Source: Octopus sinensis
Taxonomy: Eukaryota
DNA: 64,000 nt
Direction: 5' to 3'
Assembly (NCBI RefSeq): GCF_006345805.1
Contig: NC_043001.1
Location: 31,806,001 to 31,870,000, forward strand
The translations under genes and the position numbers were made by a program. Below, piece after piece: positions 40,779 through 53,078 of the stretch. Under the pieces are notes generated by a model, which saw only the letters and a program-made list of their open reading frames with translations, made no database searches and was not told where the DNA came from. The stretch's first letter is position 1; each line of letters opens with the position of its first letter.

Positions 40779-40992
40779 CACGAGAAAGTGCTGAAAAGTT
40801 CCTGGGTTGAAGGTTATCTAGAAAGGCCTGGTTAGAGACCTAAACTTTCGAGTTCTTTTACAAGGCGTAGAAAACTGAAAGACCGCTGCAATAAGTGTGT
40901 GAATCTGAGAGGGGAATAAGTTGAATAAAATAATAATTAACTGATCCTCCTGTATTTTTTTACCCAAAGCCAGAAACTTTCCAACACCCCTC
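40779..40992 (+). mobile_element. Mariner-derived MITE
   Basis: TIR-like cgagaaagtgctgaaaagttcctgg / reverse complement gaggggtgttggaaagtttctgg; residual transposase C-terminus KLKDRCNKCVNLRGE*VE*. Confidence 0.7.
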
Positions 40993-40994
40993 AA

Positions 40995-41200
40995 AATGTG
41001 ACCTCGTGTGTACCGTTGACGATTTTTTTCCCTCTGTCTTCCCTTCTCTAGATCTTTCCTTCTCCTATGTTTCCGACGAAGAGCTCCGCTCGAAACGTTA
41101 AACCCTCCTTCTTCCCTTCTATCCTGAGCGTCCAATAATACTATATTTGTTCCACGTCCTCGCGTTGTTGTGTTTTTTTTGTGTTTTCTTGTTTGGATTA

Positions 41201-41205
<5 letters not shown>
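40995..41205 (+). mobile_element. 200-bp hammerhead unit (motif 41069-41103, CCGA core)
   Basis: GTTT CCGACGA A GAGC tcc GCTC GAAAC GTT AAAC. Confidence 0.7.
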
Positions 41206-41269
<64 letters not shown>

Positions 41270-41307
41270 ATGTGTGTGTGTGTGTGTATGTATGTGTGTG
41301 TGTGTGT

Positions 41308-41620
41308 GGAGGCGCAATGGCCCAGTGATTAGGGCGGCGGACTCGCGGTCGTAGGATCGTGGTTTCGATTCCCAGACCGGGCGTTGTGAGTGTTTATTGA
41401 GCGAAAACACCTAAAAAGCTCCACAAGGCTCCGGCAGTGGGTGGTGGTGATCCCTGCTGTACTCTTTCGCCATAACTTTCTCTCATTCTTCTTTCTGTTG
41501 GCCTGCTCGCTTAGCCAGCGGGCTGGCGTCATTTGTAGGCTAAAACAATGCGAAGCGCATTGTGACCAGCGATGTGTAGCAACATCTGAAAGCCTAGTCG
41601 GTCACGGTGATCACGGTGAT
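41308..41620 (+). mobile_element. SINE family D, tail type 2
   Basis: Same head and body as 15607-15993; different 3' end (gcgaagcgcattgtgaccagcgatg..gtcacggtgat). Confidence 0.85.
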
Positions 41621-41723
41621 ATATAATATAATATATATATATGATATAATATATATATGTATGTATTCATATGTATGTAAGTTGTAAAGACGTGCATATT
41701 TTGTATATATGGAAATATATATG

Positions 41724-41773
<50 letters not shown>

Positions 41774-41860
41774 TATATATAGATAATATATATATATATA
41801 TATATATCTAATATATAATATTATATATATACATACATACACACAGATATTACAAGCATA

Positions 41861-41904
<44 letters not shown>

Positions 41905-42364
41905 GTGTGTGTGTGTATATAAATATATGCATGTATGTGCAATATAAAATGTGCATAAAATACACGCCAATTGACTAGACAGATAGACATATAATACGAC
42001 AGATAGATATATGGATTGTTGTGTGCTGCGAATATTTTTTATGACAAGATTGGAAGTCCGATTTACACATTCACACGCACACAGAAAGACATGCATATAT
42101 ATATACCAATATTAAACATATTTTAATGTCTATAGCATAATCGATTATCTTTATGTAAATAAAATTCATAATTTTTCTTCTGATTTTCACAAATTTGTTC
42201 CTCAGCTGTACATATACAATGTCAATTATATTCATTTAAGTTTTGCAATAATAGAGCAGTATATACCGAGCATGTGGCATGATTTAATAGCTGCTTTCTC
42301 ATGAGAAGCTCTTAGTCAAAGTCATAACTATATTGACGCTAACCAAGAAAAGCAAATATTTAGT

Positions 42365-42570
42365 CCGAATGTGACCTCGTGTGTACCGTTGGCGAATTTT
42401 TTTCCTCTGTCTTCTCTTCTCTGGATCTTTCCTTCTCCTATGTTTCCGACGAAGAGCTCCGCTCGAAACGTTAAGCCCTCCTTCTTTCCTGAGCGTCCAA
42501 TAATACTATATTGTTCCACGTCCTCACGTTGTTGTGTTTTGTTTTGGTGCTTCTTGTTTGGATGAACATA
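42365..42570 (+). mobile_element. 200-bp hammerhead unit (motif 42442-42476, CCGA core)
   Basis: GTTT CCGACGA A GAGC tcc GCTC GAAAC GTT AAGC. Confidence 0.7.
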
Positions 42571-42581
42571 TACATTATATA

Positions 42582-42615
<34 letters not shown>

Positions 42616-42669
42616 CTATATATTATATATATATATATCTAACATATATATATACATATATAGATCTAT

Positions 42670-42769
42670 NNNNNNNNNNNNNNNNNNNNNNNNNNNNNNN
42701 NNNNNNNNNNNNNNNNNNNNNNNNNNNNNNNNNNNNNNNNNNNNNNNNNNNNNNNNNNNNNNNNNNNNN
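42670..42769. other. Assembly gap (100 N)
   Basis: N run; true size and orientation of the join are unknown. Confidence 1.
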
Positions 42770-43305
42770 GAAGATGAAGGAGTCGACGGGGATAAGAAGA
42801 GAAAAGAAGGAAAGAGGCGTAGAAACTTCAAATGCATAAACTGATATCGAATGATATAGCTAGATTAGCTTGTCAGAATAGAAAAGGAGTTTCAAAATTT
42901 ATAAGTGTATGCACAGGAGTACACATATATGCACACCGCATATAAAGGCAATCTCGCACAGGCGTGTACACTTGCAAAGCATTCTTATATATATACATGT
43001 CTGGTCCGTTTACGGACCCTGACCCAATACATGTGTACTTACCTACATACAAACATACATACACACGTTCATACATACATACATGTATATAGATACATGT
43101 ATATGCATACACGTACATATGCATATATAAATACATATGCACATATACACAAATATACATGCATATATGTATTATATATACATATACATATATTTATATA
43201 TATATATATATATATAATACGTGTATATGTGTATATAGATGCATAGATATACATACATATATACAGACGTATATATATATTTTGTGTGTGTGTGTGTGTA
43301 TGTAT

Positions 43306-43418
43306 GTCATTATTTAGTTTATTTCAAGATTTCTTGCCAATAGAGAAAGAACCTGTTTTTAACTTAGATCCAAGGCTCCTTCAATAGAATTTGAACCTCA
43401 GCAACAGGGTGTTTTTGC
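43306..43418 (-). mobile_element. RLE LINE distal tail in (TATG)n
   Basis: tcattatttagttttatttcaagatttcttgccaatagagaaagaac..tagatccaaggctccttc. Confidence 0.75.
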
Positions 43419-43889
43419 TTGTATGTATGTATGTATGCATGTATGTATGTATGCATGTATGTATGTATGTATGTATGTATGTATGTATGTATGTATGTAT
43501 GTATGTATGTACGTACGTACGTATGTATGTATATATGTGTATATATATCCTGTGTCCTGGGTATGATTAAATTGCATCCGTGGAGGGACTGGTTCGGAAG
43601 TTCCAGAGTTTTAAAGAATGCGGAACCACTACTTAGCTACTATTGCCCCCATGTCTACTCTGAGCCAGAGTTGTAGCACCTGTTACGGTCACAGTTATGG
43701 GTTAACTCCCACATGAATCATTGTGAGTGAAGGGTTCGAGATTCCTTGTTCTCATCAGAACTTCCTTCTTCGAGAAGGTAAACGCATAAAATACAAAAAA
43801 AAAAAACAAGACAAAAATCAAACCAACCAACCAAAAACCTGAAGTGCAGTTGGGTTTTGGTCTTATAAACCCCTGCCGTGCCACTGGTT

Positions 43890-44260
43890 TCATAGATGAT
43901 TGCGCTAGAAAGTTGGTTTAGTGCTGTGCAGGATTTGCAGGATGTCCTCGTCAAGCTCTACAGATTTTCCAGGACGAAGCTCGTCTTCTAGGCTGTAGTT
44001 ATCGGATCGGAATTTCTGGAACCACCGTTGACACTGGCTTACGCTTATTATCCGATCCCCATATAATGCACTAATATTCCACGCACTTTCTGTTGCATTG
44101 TTGCCTTTATTGAACTCATAAAGCAAAATGTGCCGAATATGCTCCTTTGTCACTTCCATTATAGCTTTGAAAAAATAACTGTTAAAATCGGACAGTATTC
44201 TTCAAAACTTGCACTGAAAATAAATACAATGTAAAATTACTACCTGTTTTTATATCAGGT
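43890..44260 (-). mobile_element. Mariner transposase N-terminal (HTH) fragment
   Basis: MEVTKEHIRHILLYEFNKGNNATES..YGD..SVSQCQRWFQKFRSDNYSLEDELRPGKSVELD. Confidence 0.85.
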
Positions 44261-44507
44261 TGATGCAGGTAGTTTATCCCGTTCCCCTCCGACTTTTAGT
44301 TCATGCAATTGAAAAAAAAAAAAAACCGCATTATTTATGGGATGACCCAATATATATTTACAGCTATCTGCCTACAGCGAAAATGTTTCCGCCATGACAA
44401 AATACAGTGGGAGGGTTTCCTACGGGTTCGAATATGCCTCATGCATATTCGAATTAAGAACAAGCTTATAATTTGTACACATCACTCACTACTTAGCGCT
44501 TCTAATC

Positions 44508-44945
44508 TGTATGTCGTTGTTCAGCTTCATTTCAAGATATCTTGCCAATAGAGAAAGAGCCGGTTTCTAACCTAGATTCAAGGCTCCTTTATTGGAATTT
44601 CAACTTCATCAACAGAATATGTATGTATGCATGTATATATGTATATGTACAGATTTGTATGTTTTATGTATGTATTCTCATGCATATAGTTGCATATCTA
44701 GTCCTTTCTAATTTTGAGAAGCCTAATTTTTCAAGATTGGTATTTAGGCAGTGTGTTACATATCACAGGGCCCTAACAATTACTAGTATAAACCTAAACT
44801 TGTAATCTAGATAGAGTAACTGCAGATTTCTCAATAGTTCAGCATAGATGTTCACTTTTTCACTGATCTTCAGCTTTATATTAACATCTGCTGGGCAGCT
44901 AATTTCTACAACTGTACACAATTTCTTTTCTCTGTCCCATATCAT
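44508..44945 (-). mobile_element. RLE-type LINE 3' fragment with tail, in (TATG)n
   Basis: MIWDREKKLCTVVEISCPADVNIKLKISEKVNIYAELLRNLQLLY, contiguous with the shared non-coding tail. Confidence 0.85.
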
Positions 44946-45189
44946 TATGTACGTACGTACGTACGTACGTACGTACGTATGTATGTATGTATGTATGTAT
45001 GTATGTATGCATGCATGTATGCATGTATGCATGCATGTATGCATGTATGCATGTATGTATGCATGTATATATGTACGCATGTATGTATGTATGTATATAT
45101 GTATGCATATATGTATGCATGTATGTATGTATGTATGTATGTATGTATGTATGTATGTATGCATGCATGTTTGTTTGTTTGTTTGTTCC

Positions 45190-45483
45190 TTCTCGAGCCA
45201 TGCCTGGCTCATTAGGGCCGGTTTCCCGGTTTCCTTAGCGTATAGGTTCTCCACCTGGACGGGACGCCGGTCCGTCGCAGGAGAGCTGCAAGATGCAGGA
45301 GGAAAGAGTGAGAGAAAGTTGTGGCGAAAGAGCCAGCAGAAGTTTCGCCATTACCTTCTGCCGGACCCCACGTGGAGCTTAGGTGTTTCGCTCATAAACG
45401 CACACATCGCCCGGTCTGAGATTTCGAACCCGCGATCCCTCGACCGCGAGTCCTCTTCTCTAACCACTAGGCCATGTGCCTCC
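45190..45483 (-). mobile_element. Chimeric SINE: family D head/body plus family C (V-like) 3' end
   Basis: Head ggaggcacatggcctagtggttag..; 3' ctgcgacggaccggcgtcccgtccagg..gaaaccgggaaaccggccctaatgagcc. Confidence 0.8.
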
Positions 45484-45956
45484 ACATGTATGTATGTATG
45501 TATGTACACACAGACACAGGTGGAACACGGAATGAAATGAGAAATAAGAAGAGCTTCTAACAATGCAGAAAAGTAAAATTGACTTTTGCATTTCGGAAGC
45601 AAAGGCCTAGCTTCAGAAGAATACAGAAAAATGTGAATTTACATAGATGCCGCCACATGAATAGCACAAAGTTTGTGCTGCTTAAATTGTGCATGTGTGT
45701 GTTTATGTGTGTGTTTGTGTGTGTATGTATGTGCCTATATCTCTCCATTTGTTCTCCCCACCCCCACCTACTGCTTGACAGTCATATTCTGCTGTGTTTA
45801 CGTAACCGCAACTTAACGGTCCGGTAAAAAAGATCGATCGAATAAGTACCCTGTGTATATGTATAAAGTGGAAGCAACATATAATTACGGAAAGTCTTTT
45901 CAAACACAGTTATATCAATATTAGTTCATACATCCATCATAGATAGATAGATACAT

Positions 45957-45995
<39 letters not shown>

Positions 45996-46014
45996 CATGT
46001 ATATATTATATATA

Positions 46015-46240
46015 GGCGGCGAGCTGGTAGAAACGTTAGCACGCCGGCGAAATTCGTAGCCGTATTTCGTCTGTCGTTACGTTCCGAGTTCAAATTCGCC
46101 GAGGTCGACTTTGCCTTTCATCCTTCGGGGTCGATAAATTAAGTACCTTACGCAATGGGGTCGATGTAGTCGACTTAATCCCTTTGTCTGTCCTTGTTTG
46201 TCCCCTCTGTGTTTAGCCCCTTGTGGGTAGTAAAGAAATA
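46015..46240 (+). mobile_element. SINE family B
   Basis: Full copy ggcggcgagctgg..gtaaagaaata. Confidence 0.9.
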
Positions 46241-46572
46241 TATAATATATATATGTATGTATATATGTATATATACGTAAATAAATATGTGTGCGTGTGC
46301 GTTTTCCCATATTTCTGTCTAAGTTCAACAACCTATCTATATATATATAGACACAGACTATATATAGATATAGGGCATTGAACTCACAGATTTCTGATAT
46401 ATATATACATATATATACACAAACAGAGAGATAGATAGCTAGATCGATAATGGGCTGAGCTTTCAGGAATTTATTCTTGCCGTTCGCTTTTACTGATTGG
46501 GAGAAGATACTGCCTCATAATTTGTAGCAACTTGAATTATGTACATACAGATACGCACACACTCCCACAGTT

Positions 46573-46611
<39 letters not shown>

Positions 46612-46702
46612 CACACACACATTGCATACATGGAGCCCCACATCTGCAGATACACACTCACATATGCACATACATGCATATACAAATATACCTATACACG
46701 TA

Positions 46703-46889
46703 GGCGTAGGAGTGGCTCTGTGTTAAGTAGCTTGCTTACCAACCACATGGTTCCGGGTTCAGTGCCTCTGCATGGTGCCTTGGGCAAGTGTCTTCTACTA
46801 TAGCCTCGAGCTGACCAAAGCCTTGTGATGAATTTGGTAGACGGAAACTGAAAGAAGCCCGTCGTGTATATGTATATATGTGTGTATAT

Positions 46890-46923
<34 letters not shown>

Positions 46924-47118
46924 ATATATTTGTGTGTGTGTGTTTGTACCCCCAACATCGCTTGACAGCCGACGCTGGTGTGTTTACAACCCCGTAACTT
47001 AGCGGTTCGACAAAAGAGTCCGATAGAATAAGTACTAGCCTTACAAAGAAGAAGTCCTGGGGTCGACTAAAGGCGGAGCTCCACATGACCACAGTCAAAT
47101 GACTGAAACAAGTAAAAA
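46703..47118 (+). mobile_element. SINE family A
   Basis: Head-(TA)n-tail. Confidence 0.9.
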
Positions 47119-47360
47119 TGAGAGAGTATACACATGCGTTCGCGCACATTTGCATGTAACCATACATTAATACATGCATGTATAGTACCAGCGCTACATG
47201 TTAAAACAACGAAGCACTTGTTAATTTCTTGGAAAACCATCAAGGCAGTTGCACTGTTCTTTATAGATATTGCAGTAGCTATTTAGAGCTATGTAAATAC
47301 GGTTGTTGAGGACAGCATTTTGGGTATAAGAACACAATAATGTCAGAAACATTAATATAT

Positions 47361-47610
47361 ATTTCTTTACTACCCACAAGGGGCTAAACACAGAGGGGAC
47401 AAACAAGGACAGACAAAGGGATTAAGTCGATTACATCAACCCCAGTGCGTAACTGGTACTTAATTTATCGACCCCGGAAGGATGAAAGGCAAAGTCGACC
47501 TCGGCGGAATTTGAACTCGGAACGTAACGACAGACGAAATACGGCTACGCATTTCGCCCGGCGTGCTAACGTTTCTGCTAGCTCGCCGCCATATAGCCAG
47601 CTCGCCGCCA
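47361..47610 (-). mobile_element. SINE family B with duplicated 5' end and TSD
   Basis: gc[c/t]agctcgccgccata twice (about 47576-47612); cagaaacattaatata on both sides. Confidence 0.9.
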
Positions 47611-48705
47611 TACTTTAATGTACAGAAACATTAATATAAGCTACTAAACACTCGATCTCTAGTGAGATTCCGTATCAAAATGGTTATTCGTTTTTCTCAA
47701 AGGAAATGTAAGGAATCGAAACAGAACGTGGAATTGAATGTGATACGTTAACGAATTATGTTTGTTACAAGCTTTGCTAATAATGGTTTCAAATTTTGGC
47801 ACAAGAGCAGTAATTTAGGCTGAAGGACTAAGTCAATTACAATGACCCTTGAGCTCAACTGATATTTACGTTATAGACCCCGAAAGGATAAAAGGTAAAG
47901 TCTACCTTGGCGGAATATAAATTCAGTACGTAACAGTGGATGAAATGCCGCTTAGACATTTTGCCCAGCGTATAAACGGTTCTACCAGGTCGCCGTTTTA
48001 ATATTATGGTGATGGGGCGAAATTAAAGAAAATCTAGATGATTAGTTAAGAAAGTACATTTGTACAATCGAGGGACGACCACCATGAATGAAATCAAACA
48101 GAGAAAGAATGAAGCACCCAAGACCATTTTCAGGGCTTTCAAGGCTGGTATTACAAAGAAAGAACTGTAATTCATAGGTTAATATAGACTGTACACTTGC
48201 TTACAATACTGACAACCGAGTGAACTCAGTTATGGGTCTCTATGAGTCTCCATGCACGGTCTCGTGTGCTGGTTCTAAACTGATTGATGGAAACAGAATA
48301 GTAACAGTAACCATAATGTGTCATGTACCACCTGACCTTCTCGCTTACATTTTTTCTCTTCAAAATTTCATTCACAAAGCTCAGGTCGCCCCAAAACTGT
48401 AGTAAAGGAAGATCTTGGTAGTAAAGTAAAATTCTTAAACATACAATCATACCTGCACTCTTCGGAATGTTTCTTTAGGAAGTTTCTTCCTCCAACAAGC
48501 ATCCCAGTTTAGTCATACTTTGTTCAAAACAAGCGGATGTATAGTCTCTGGTTCCAGTAATGGTTGTGGTATAAACTCAAAATAAAAGAGCTGATAGTCC
48601 TGCAAAACACCAGTAGACTATTACACCAAAATGGCAGACCAAATGCCGCTAAGCATTTTGCTCGGCACTTTAACAATTCTGCTAGTTTACCGCCATTTTT
48701 TTTTT

Positions 48706-48872
48706 GTCAAGGGCTTATATACCCCAATATTAGACTATTTTCTTTAGTCAATACACTATGAACGCTTATACTCTTAAAGCTTATTCTATATGTTAAAAAT
48801 AATAAGCTTTAAATGTTCACAGTGTATTGACTAAAGAAAGTAGTCTAATGTTGAGATATATGAGCCCATGAC
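48706..48872. repeat. 167-bp foldback with 58-bp arms (MITE-like)
   Basis: gtcaagggcttatata..ctttagtcaatacactatgaac vs gttcacagtgtattgactaaag..tatatgagcccatgac, about 51/58 complementary. Confidence 0.85.
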
Positions 48873-49552
48873 AGAAAACAATGTGGGTATTAGTACACGT
48901 AGTACACGTGGGAAAGGAAGACACACCTCGTATATCCGCATTAAGTGAGCTAACCGATTACACCAACCTACACACGGATTTTTTTCCCGTTAGATTTTAG
49001 AACTGCGTTAAATAATATCGTTTAAATAATCGGCAATGGTCAGAATAATGAAAAGCTCTTGCTTCTAATGTGATATACTGGTGCCTCTGTAGCACGAATG
49101 TCTGCAAAACACATGCGCACACACTCATATACTCATATGCTCTTAAGTGCATGCAGCACATAGGCCTAACAGACACCAGAAAGACTATATTTATTGATAA
49201 GATGTAAAATGTATGCTCAGTGAATTCTGCTAGAAATAATGCTGGCGTTTCACTGAAAAGAGAAGGTCATCGAAATATTTAAATGTTAAGTACCTATCAA
49301 TGGCAATTGACTGCGTGCCTCTGTGGTAAGTTGTGTGGGCTATAGTCCTATCTCAGTTTTCGAGGTCCCTTTTAGTATTTTATTAATTCTCTCATGTATT
49401 AACAAACAACTCTCATACGATTTGTTTTATGAGTACTACCGCCAATTGCTGCATTATCATTTATCATATACAGTACAAGCCCTTTTATATGGCTTCCAGA
49501 AACCCGGGAATACTGTGCAATATTGTGCTATATACTGTATCCTGTAAAATGA

Positions 49553-49804
49553 AATAAATGTGCCCTTTTAAAGCTTAGCCAGGCTCATGGGACCGGTTTC
49601 CCGGTTTCTACGGCGTATGTGTTCCCCAGCTGGATGGGACGCCAGTCCATCGCAGCGTTACTCATTTTTGCCAGCTGAGTGGACTGGAGCAACGTGAAAT
49701 GAAGTGTTTTGCTCAAGAACACAACGCGTCGACCGGTCCAGGAATCGAAACCACAATCTTACAATCACGGTGCTGGCACCCTAACCACTAAGCCACGCAC
49801 CTCC
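49553..49804 (-). mobile_element. Full-length SINE family C (tRNA head plus V-domain-like 3' part)
   Basis: ggaggtgcgtggcttagtggttagggtg..ggtttcgattcc..cacgttgctccagtccactcagctggcaaaaatgagtaacgctgcgatggactggcgtccc; contains the 27-bp array core once (49670-49696). Confidence 0.9.
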
Positions 49805-50113
49805 ACTTCTGTTTCCTGTACAGAAAAAAAAAACACTTTGTTTTTGAAGTTGGTTAATTTGCAGAGGCTCTGTTAAAAATAACTTTGTTCTTTATTTTTT
49901 AAGTGGACTGATAAAGATTAAACACTCTCTGCTTTAGAATTGTGTCAATTTGTACCTGTATCTGTTAAAGAAAATCATGCTCATACTTTTCTTCGTTTAA
50001 ATTTCATCCTGTAAAACTTTATGCAGTATACATGATGCAGTAAGATATATTTCAAGAATTTTATGTGGATTAATAAATATCAAACAGAGCCTTTATTTTA
50101 TATTTTAAATATA

Positions 50114-51037
50114 CAGGGTGTCCATAAAGTTTCTTTACCATTTAAAAAGATTATTATAAAGGCAGTTGATGAGATATGTTAATCAGATTTATTTTATTTT
50201 AATAATTGTTTATTAAAGTTGTTATTGATATTAAATTTTTGTGTTTCAGATACTCTGTTGATGGAAGGGAGCTGATTCACTGAATCCGTATAAAATGAGG
50301 AAGAAGCATTCCTCAAGCGAGTTTGTTTTAGTGACGAGGCGACTCTTCATGTTTCAGGGAAATTAAACAGACACAATGTGAGAATCTGGGGATCAGAACA
50401 CCCCCATGTGACTAGGGAGCTTCAACGGGATATCCAAAAGTGAATGTGTGGTGTGGAATCATGTGCAATCGAATAATAGGTCCATTTTTCTTCAACGAGG
50501 TAACAATTACAGCAGATATTTACCTCGACCTTCTGACCGAATATGTGGCACCACAACTGATTGATTTACAACTAGCCATCCTTTTCCAGCAAGATGGTGC
50601 ACCACCACTTTGGGGACGACATGTTCGTCAGTTCCTTAATCAAACATTTACAGACCGATGGATTGGAAGTGATGGGCCAATTCCATGGCCATCACGTTCG
50701 CCAGATATTACTCCTTTGGACTTCGTTTTATGGAGTTATGTAAAAGATATCGTGTATCAAACAAAGATACGGGACATTGCTGACTTGAAGCAATGAATTT
50801 GTAATGCCATTACCACCGTTGATGAGACTGTCCTACAGCGAACATGGCAAAAAAATCGAGTACCGTCTTGATGTGCTTCGCGCAACTAATGGTGTCCATA
50901 TTGAGGTCTATTAAATAACAGTTAAAAAAAAACTTTAATAAACAATTATTACAATAAAACAAATCTGGTTAAGATATCTTGTCAACTGCCTTTGTAATAA
51001 AATTTTAAAATTGTAAAGAGACTTTATGGACACTCTG
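50114..51037 (+). mobile_element. Internally deleted Tc1/mariner-superfamily DD41D (rosa/Visitor-type) transposon
   Basis: ~90-bp TIRs cagggtgtccataaagt.. / ..actttatggacactctg with TA flanks; FSDEA..., FQQDGAPP...WPSRSPDITPLDF with 41 residues between the second and third D; DNA-binding domain missing; stop and frameshifts. Confidence 0.85.
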
Positions 51038-51399
51038 TATTTAGATTGTCTCTAGGAAACCGAAAAATCTAGAAATCTGGGACACTTCCACCCCTAAGTT
51101 TGCTGGTTAATTAGTCCGGTACTATATTAATATTTTTATTGATACTACCCTGGAAAATGTTAATCCAATGTTCAATAAAATAAGTTTGGTATTAGATAAA
51201 TTCTGACATTCCATCCCATTTAAATATATTGAAGAAAAATAATTCGTAATTCTGAGTTTATACGTAAAAGTCTTCTTCAACTTCTTGGCAGGTTTGTTTA
51301 GGTTATATTATGCTGATAAGGCCTAAAAAACCGAAACATCAAACCAAATCAAATTTATAGGCAGGAGGAGAGCACAGTGTGTTTAAGCCATGTAAGAAA

Positions 51400-51790
51400 A
51401 GAAAAAAAAAATGTTGCAATATACAGTTTTATACATAGTCGCCGCAGTTGTTCAGAGCCTCTTTGAACAGGGAGTGGTGGGCAGTTGAATGACATTTTGT
51501 GGTAGCTTATTCCACGGGGCTGCGAAACGAACGGAGAATGCGGCCTTCCGCCTGTTGAGTCGAAAGTGTCGGGGATAGAGTTTGCGATCATGCCTACGAA
51601 GACCCCTACCCGGCGCAGGGGTGAAAAACTCTGCAAATGGTAGGTTTACATTCCTGTTGAAGATGTTGAAAGCCAGGATGAGATATCCCTGCATCCTTCG
51701 TCGTTCGAGTGAAGGTAATGCTAGACGTTGGAGACGTTCCTTATACGTAAGCTTAGACAAGCCCGCGACCGTTCGGGTGGCCAGCAGGTG
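51400..51790 (-). mobile_element. CR1-type LINE 3' end
   Basis: LTYKERLQRLALPSLERRRMQGYLILAFNIF..FSVRFAAPWNKLP. Confidence 0.85.
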
Positions 51791-51862
51791 ACGGAAACAG
51801 GTAAAAGAATATAATGAACAAATTGTTAGTTTTCTTCATCAACCTCATCATGTTACTCTTTT

Positions 51863-52215
51863 CTCTTTTACTTGTTTCAGTCATGTGACTGTGGCCATGC
51901 TGGAGCACCGCTTTCAGTCGAACAAATCGGCCCCAGGACTTATTCTTTGTAAGCCTAGTACTTATTCTATCGGAGACGTAAACATACCAGCATTGGTTGT
52001 CAAGCGATATTGGGGGGACAAACACAGACACACAAACATATACACACATGAGTGGCTGTGTGGTAAGTAGCTTGTTTACCAACCACATGGCTCCGAGTTC
52101 AGTCCAATTGTGTGGCACCTTGGGCAAGTGTCTTCTACTATAGCCTCGGGCCGACCAAAACCTTGTGAGTGGATTTGGTAGACGGAAACTGAAAGAAGCC
52201 CGTCGTATATATATG

Positions 52216-52252
<37 letters not shown>

Positions 52253-52460
52253 TGTGTGTGTGTTTGTGTTTGTCCCCCTAGCATTGCTTGACAACCGATG
52301 CTGGTGTGTTTATGTCCCCGTTACTTAGCGGTTCGGCAAAAGAGACCGATAGAATAAGTAATGGGCTTACAAAAGAATAAGTCCCGGGGTCGAGTTGCTC
52401 GATTAAAGGCGGTGCCCCAGCATGGCCGCAGTCAAAATGACTGAAACAAGTAAAAGAGAG
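51863..52460. mobile_element. Family A tail (minus, 51863-52045) fused back-to-back with a full plus copy (52049-52460)
   Basis: Inverted tails of about 170 bp. Confidence 0.85.
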
Positions 52461-53032
52461 TGAAGAGACATACATACATACATACTTTTTTTTTACATTT
52501 GCTCCACAAATGTAAATGTCTAACTTTGTAAAGTTGTCCAGACAAAACAAAAAAAGGAAGAAAAAATCCCAAGAGAATGAGCATGTGTGAGTGTATTTCT
52601 GTGTCCTTGCCATGACATTATGTGAGAAGCTGTAAATGAATGCCACTGTCATATAAGCAGTGTCTTGCATTTCCAATCTTCTGTAATTTAAGAAAAAAAA
52701 AAGAATAAAATAAAGAAAGCATAGTTGTCCTTTACTTGCAAACAGCGACGAAACTTTCCACTGACTTTGAGGTCATAAATCTCAATATTTTTAAAGATAG
52801 GAAATTTGTTTTTGTTGTCCAAATAAAAGGCAAATTTTAATTAAAAATATCTTTATGGACGGTATCCATTACATCACCCGTTGTTTTAATTATTTGAATT
52901 TACGTCACTGGCCTACTTGAGTTAATTCCTCTAGTTCATTATATAATTATTTACATTATTTACATTTGACGGATATTTGTCCTCGTCTTATTTGTTGTTA
53001 GAAATGAGAACCCAGGTTCGAAATTTCCCCAA

Positions 53033-53078
53033 GACACCTGATGAAGGCTAGAGGGTATATCAGCCGAAACGTTGTGTT
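53033..53078 (+). ncRNA. Intact minimal type I hammerhead ribozyme candidate (Penelope-type)
   Basis: GACAC CTGATGA A GGCT agagggtatatc AGCC GAAAC GTT GTGTT: stem I GACAC/GTGTT, stem II GGCT/AGCC, palindromic stem III AACGTT; lies between 50-bp inverted arms. Confidence 0.75.

Noticed and set aside
41308-41380. tRNA genes (also SINE heads at 15920-15990, 49735-49804, 57924, 59623)
   Set aside because: A/B-box-like heads run straight into SINE bodies and lack a complete cloverleaf; they are SINE heads.
48082-48170. Short ORF MNEIKQRKNEAPKTIFRAFKAGITKKEL*
   Set aside because: 28 aa, no recognisable homology or splice support.
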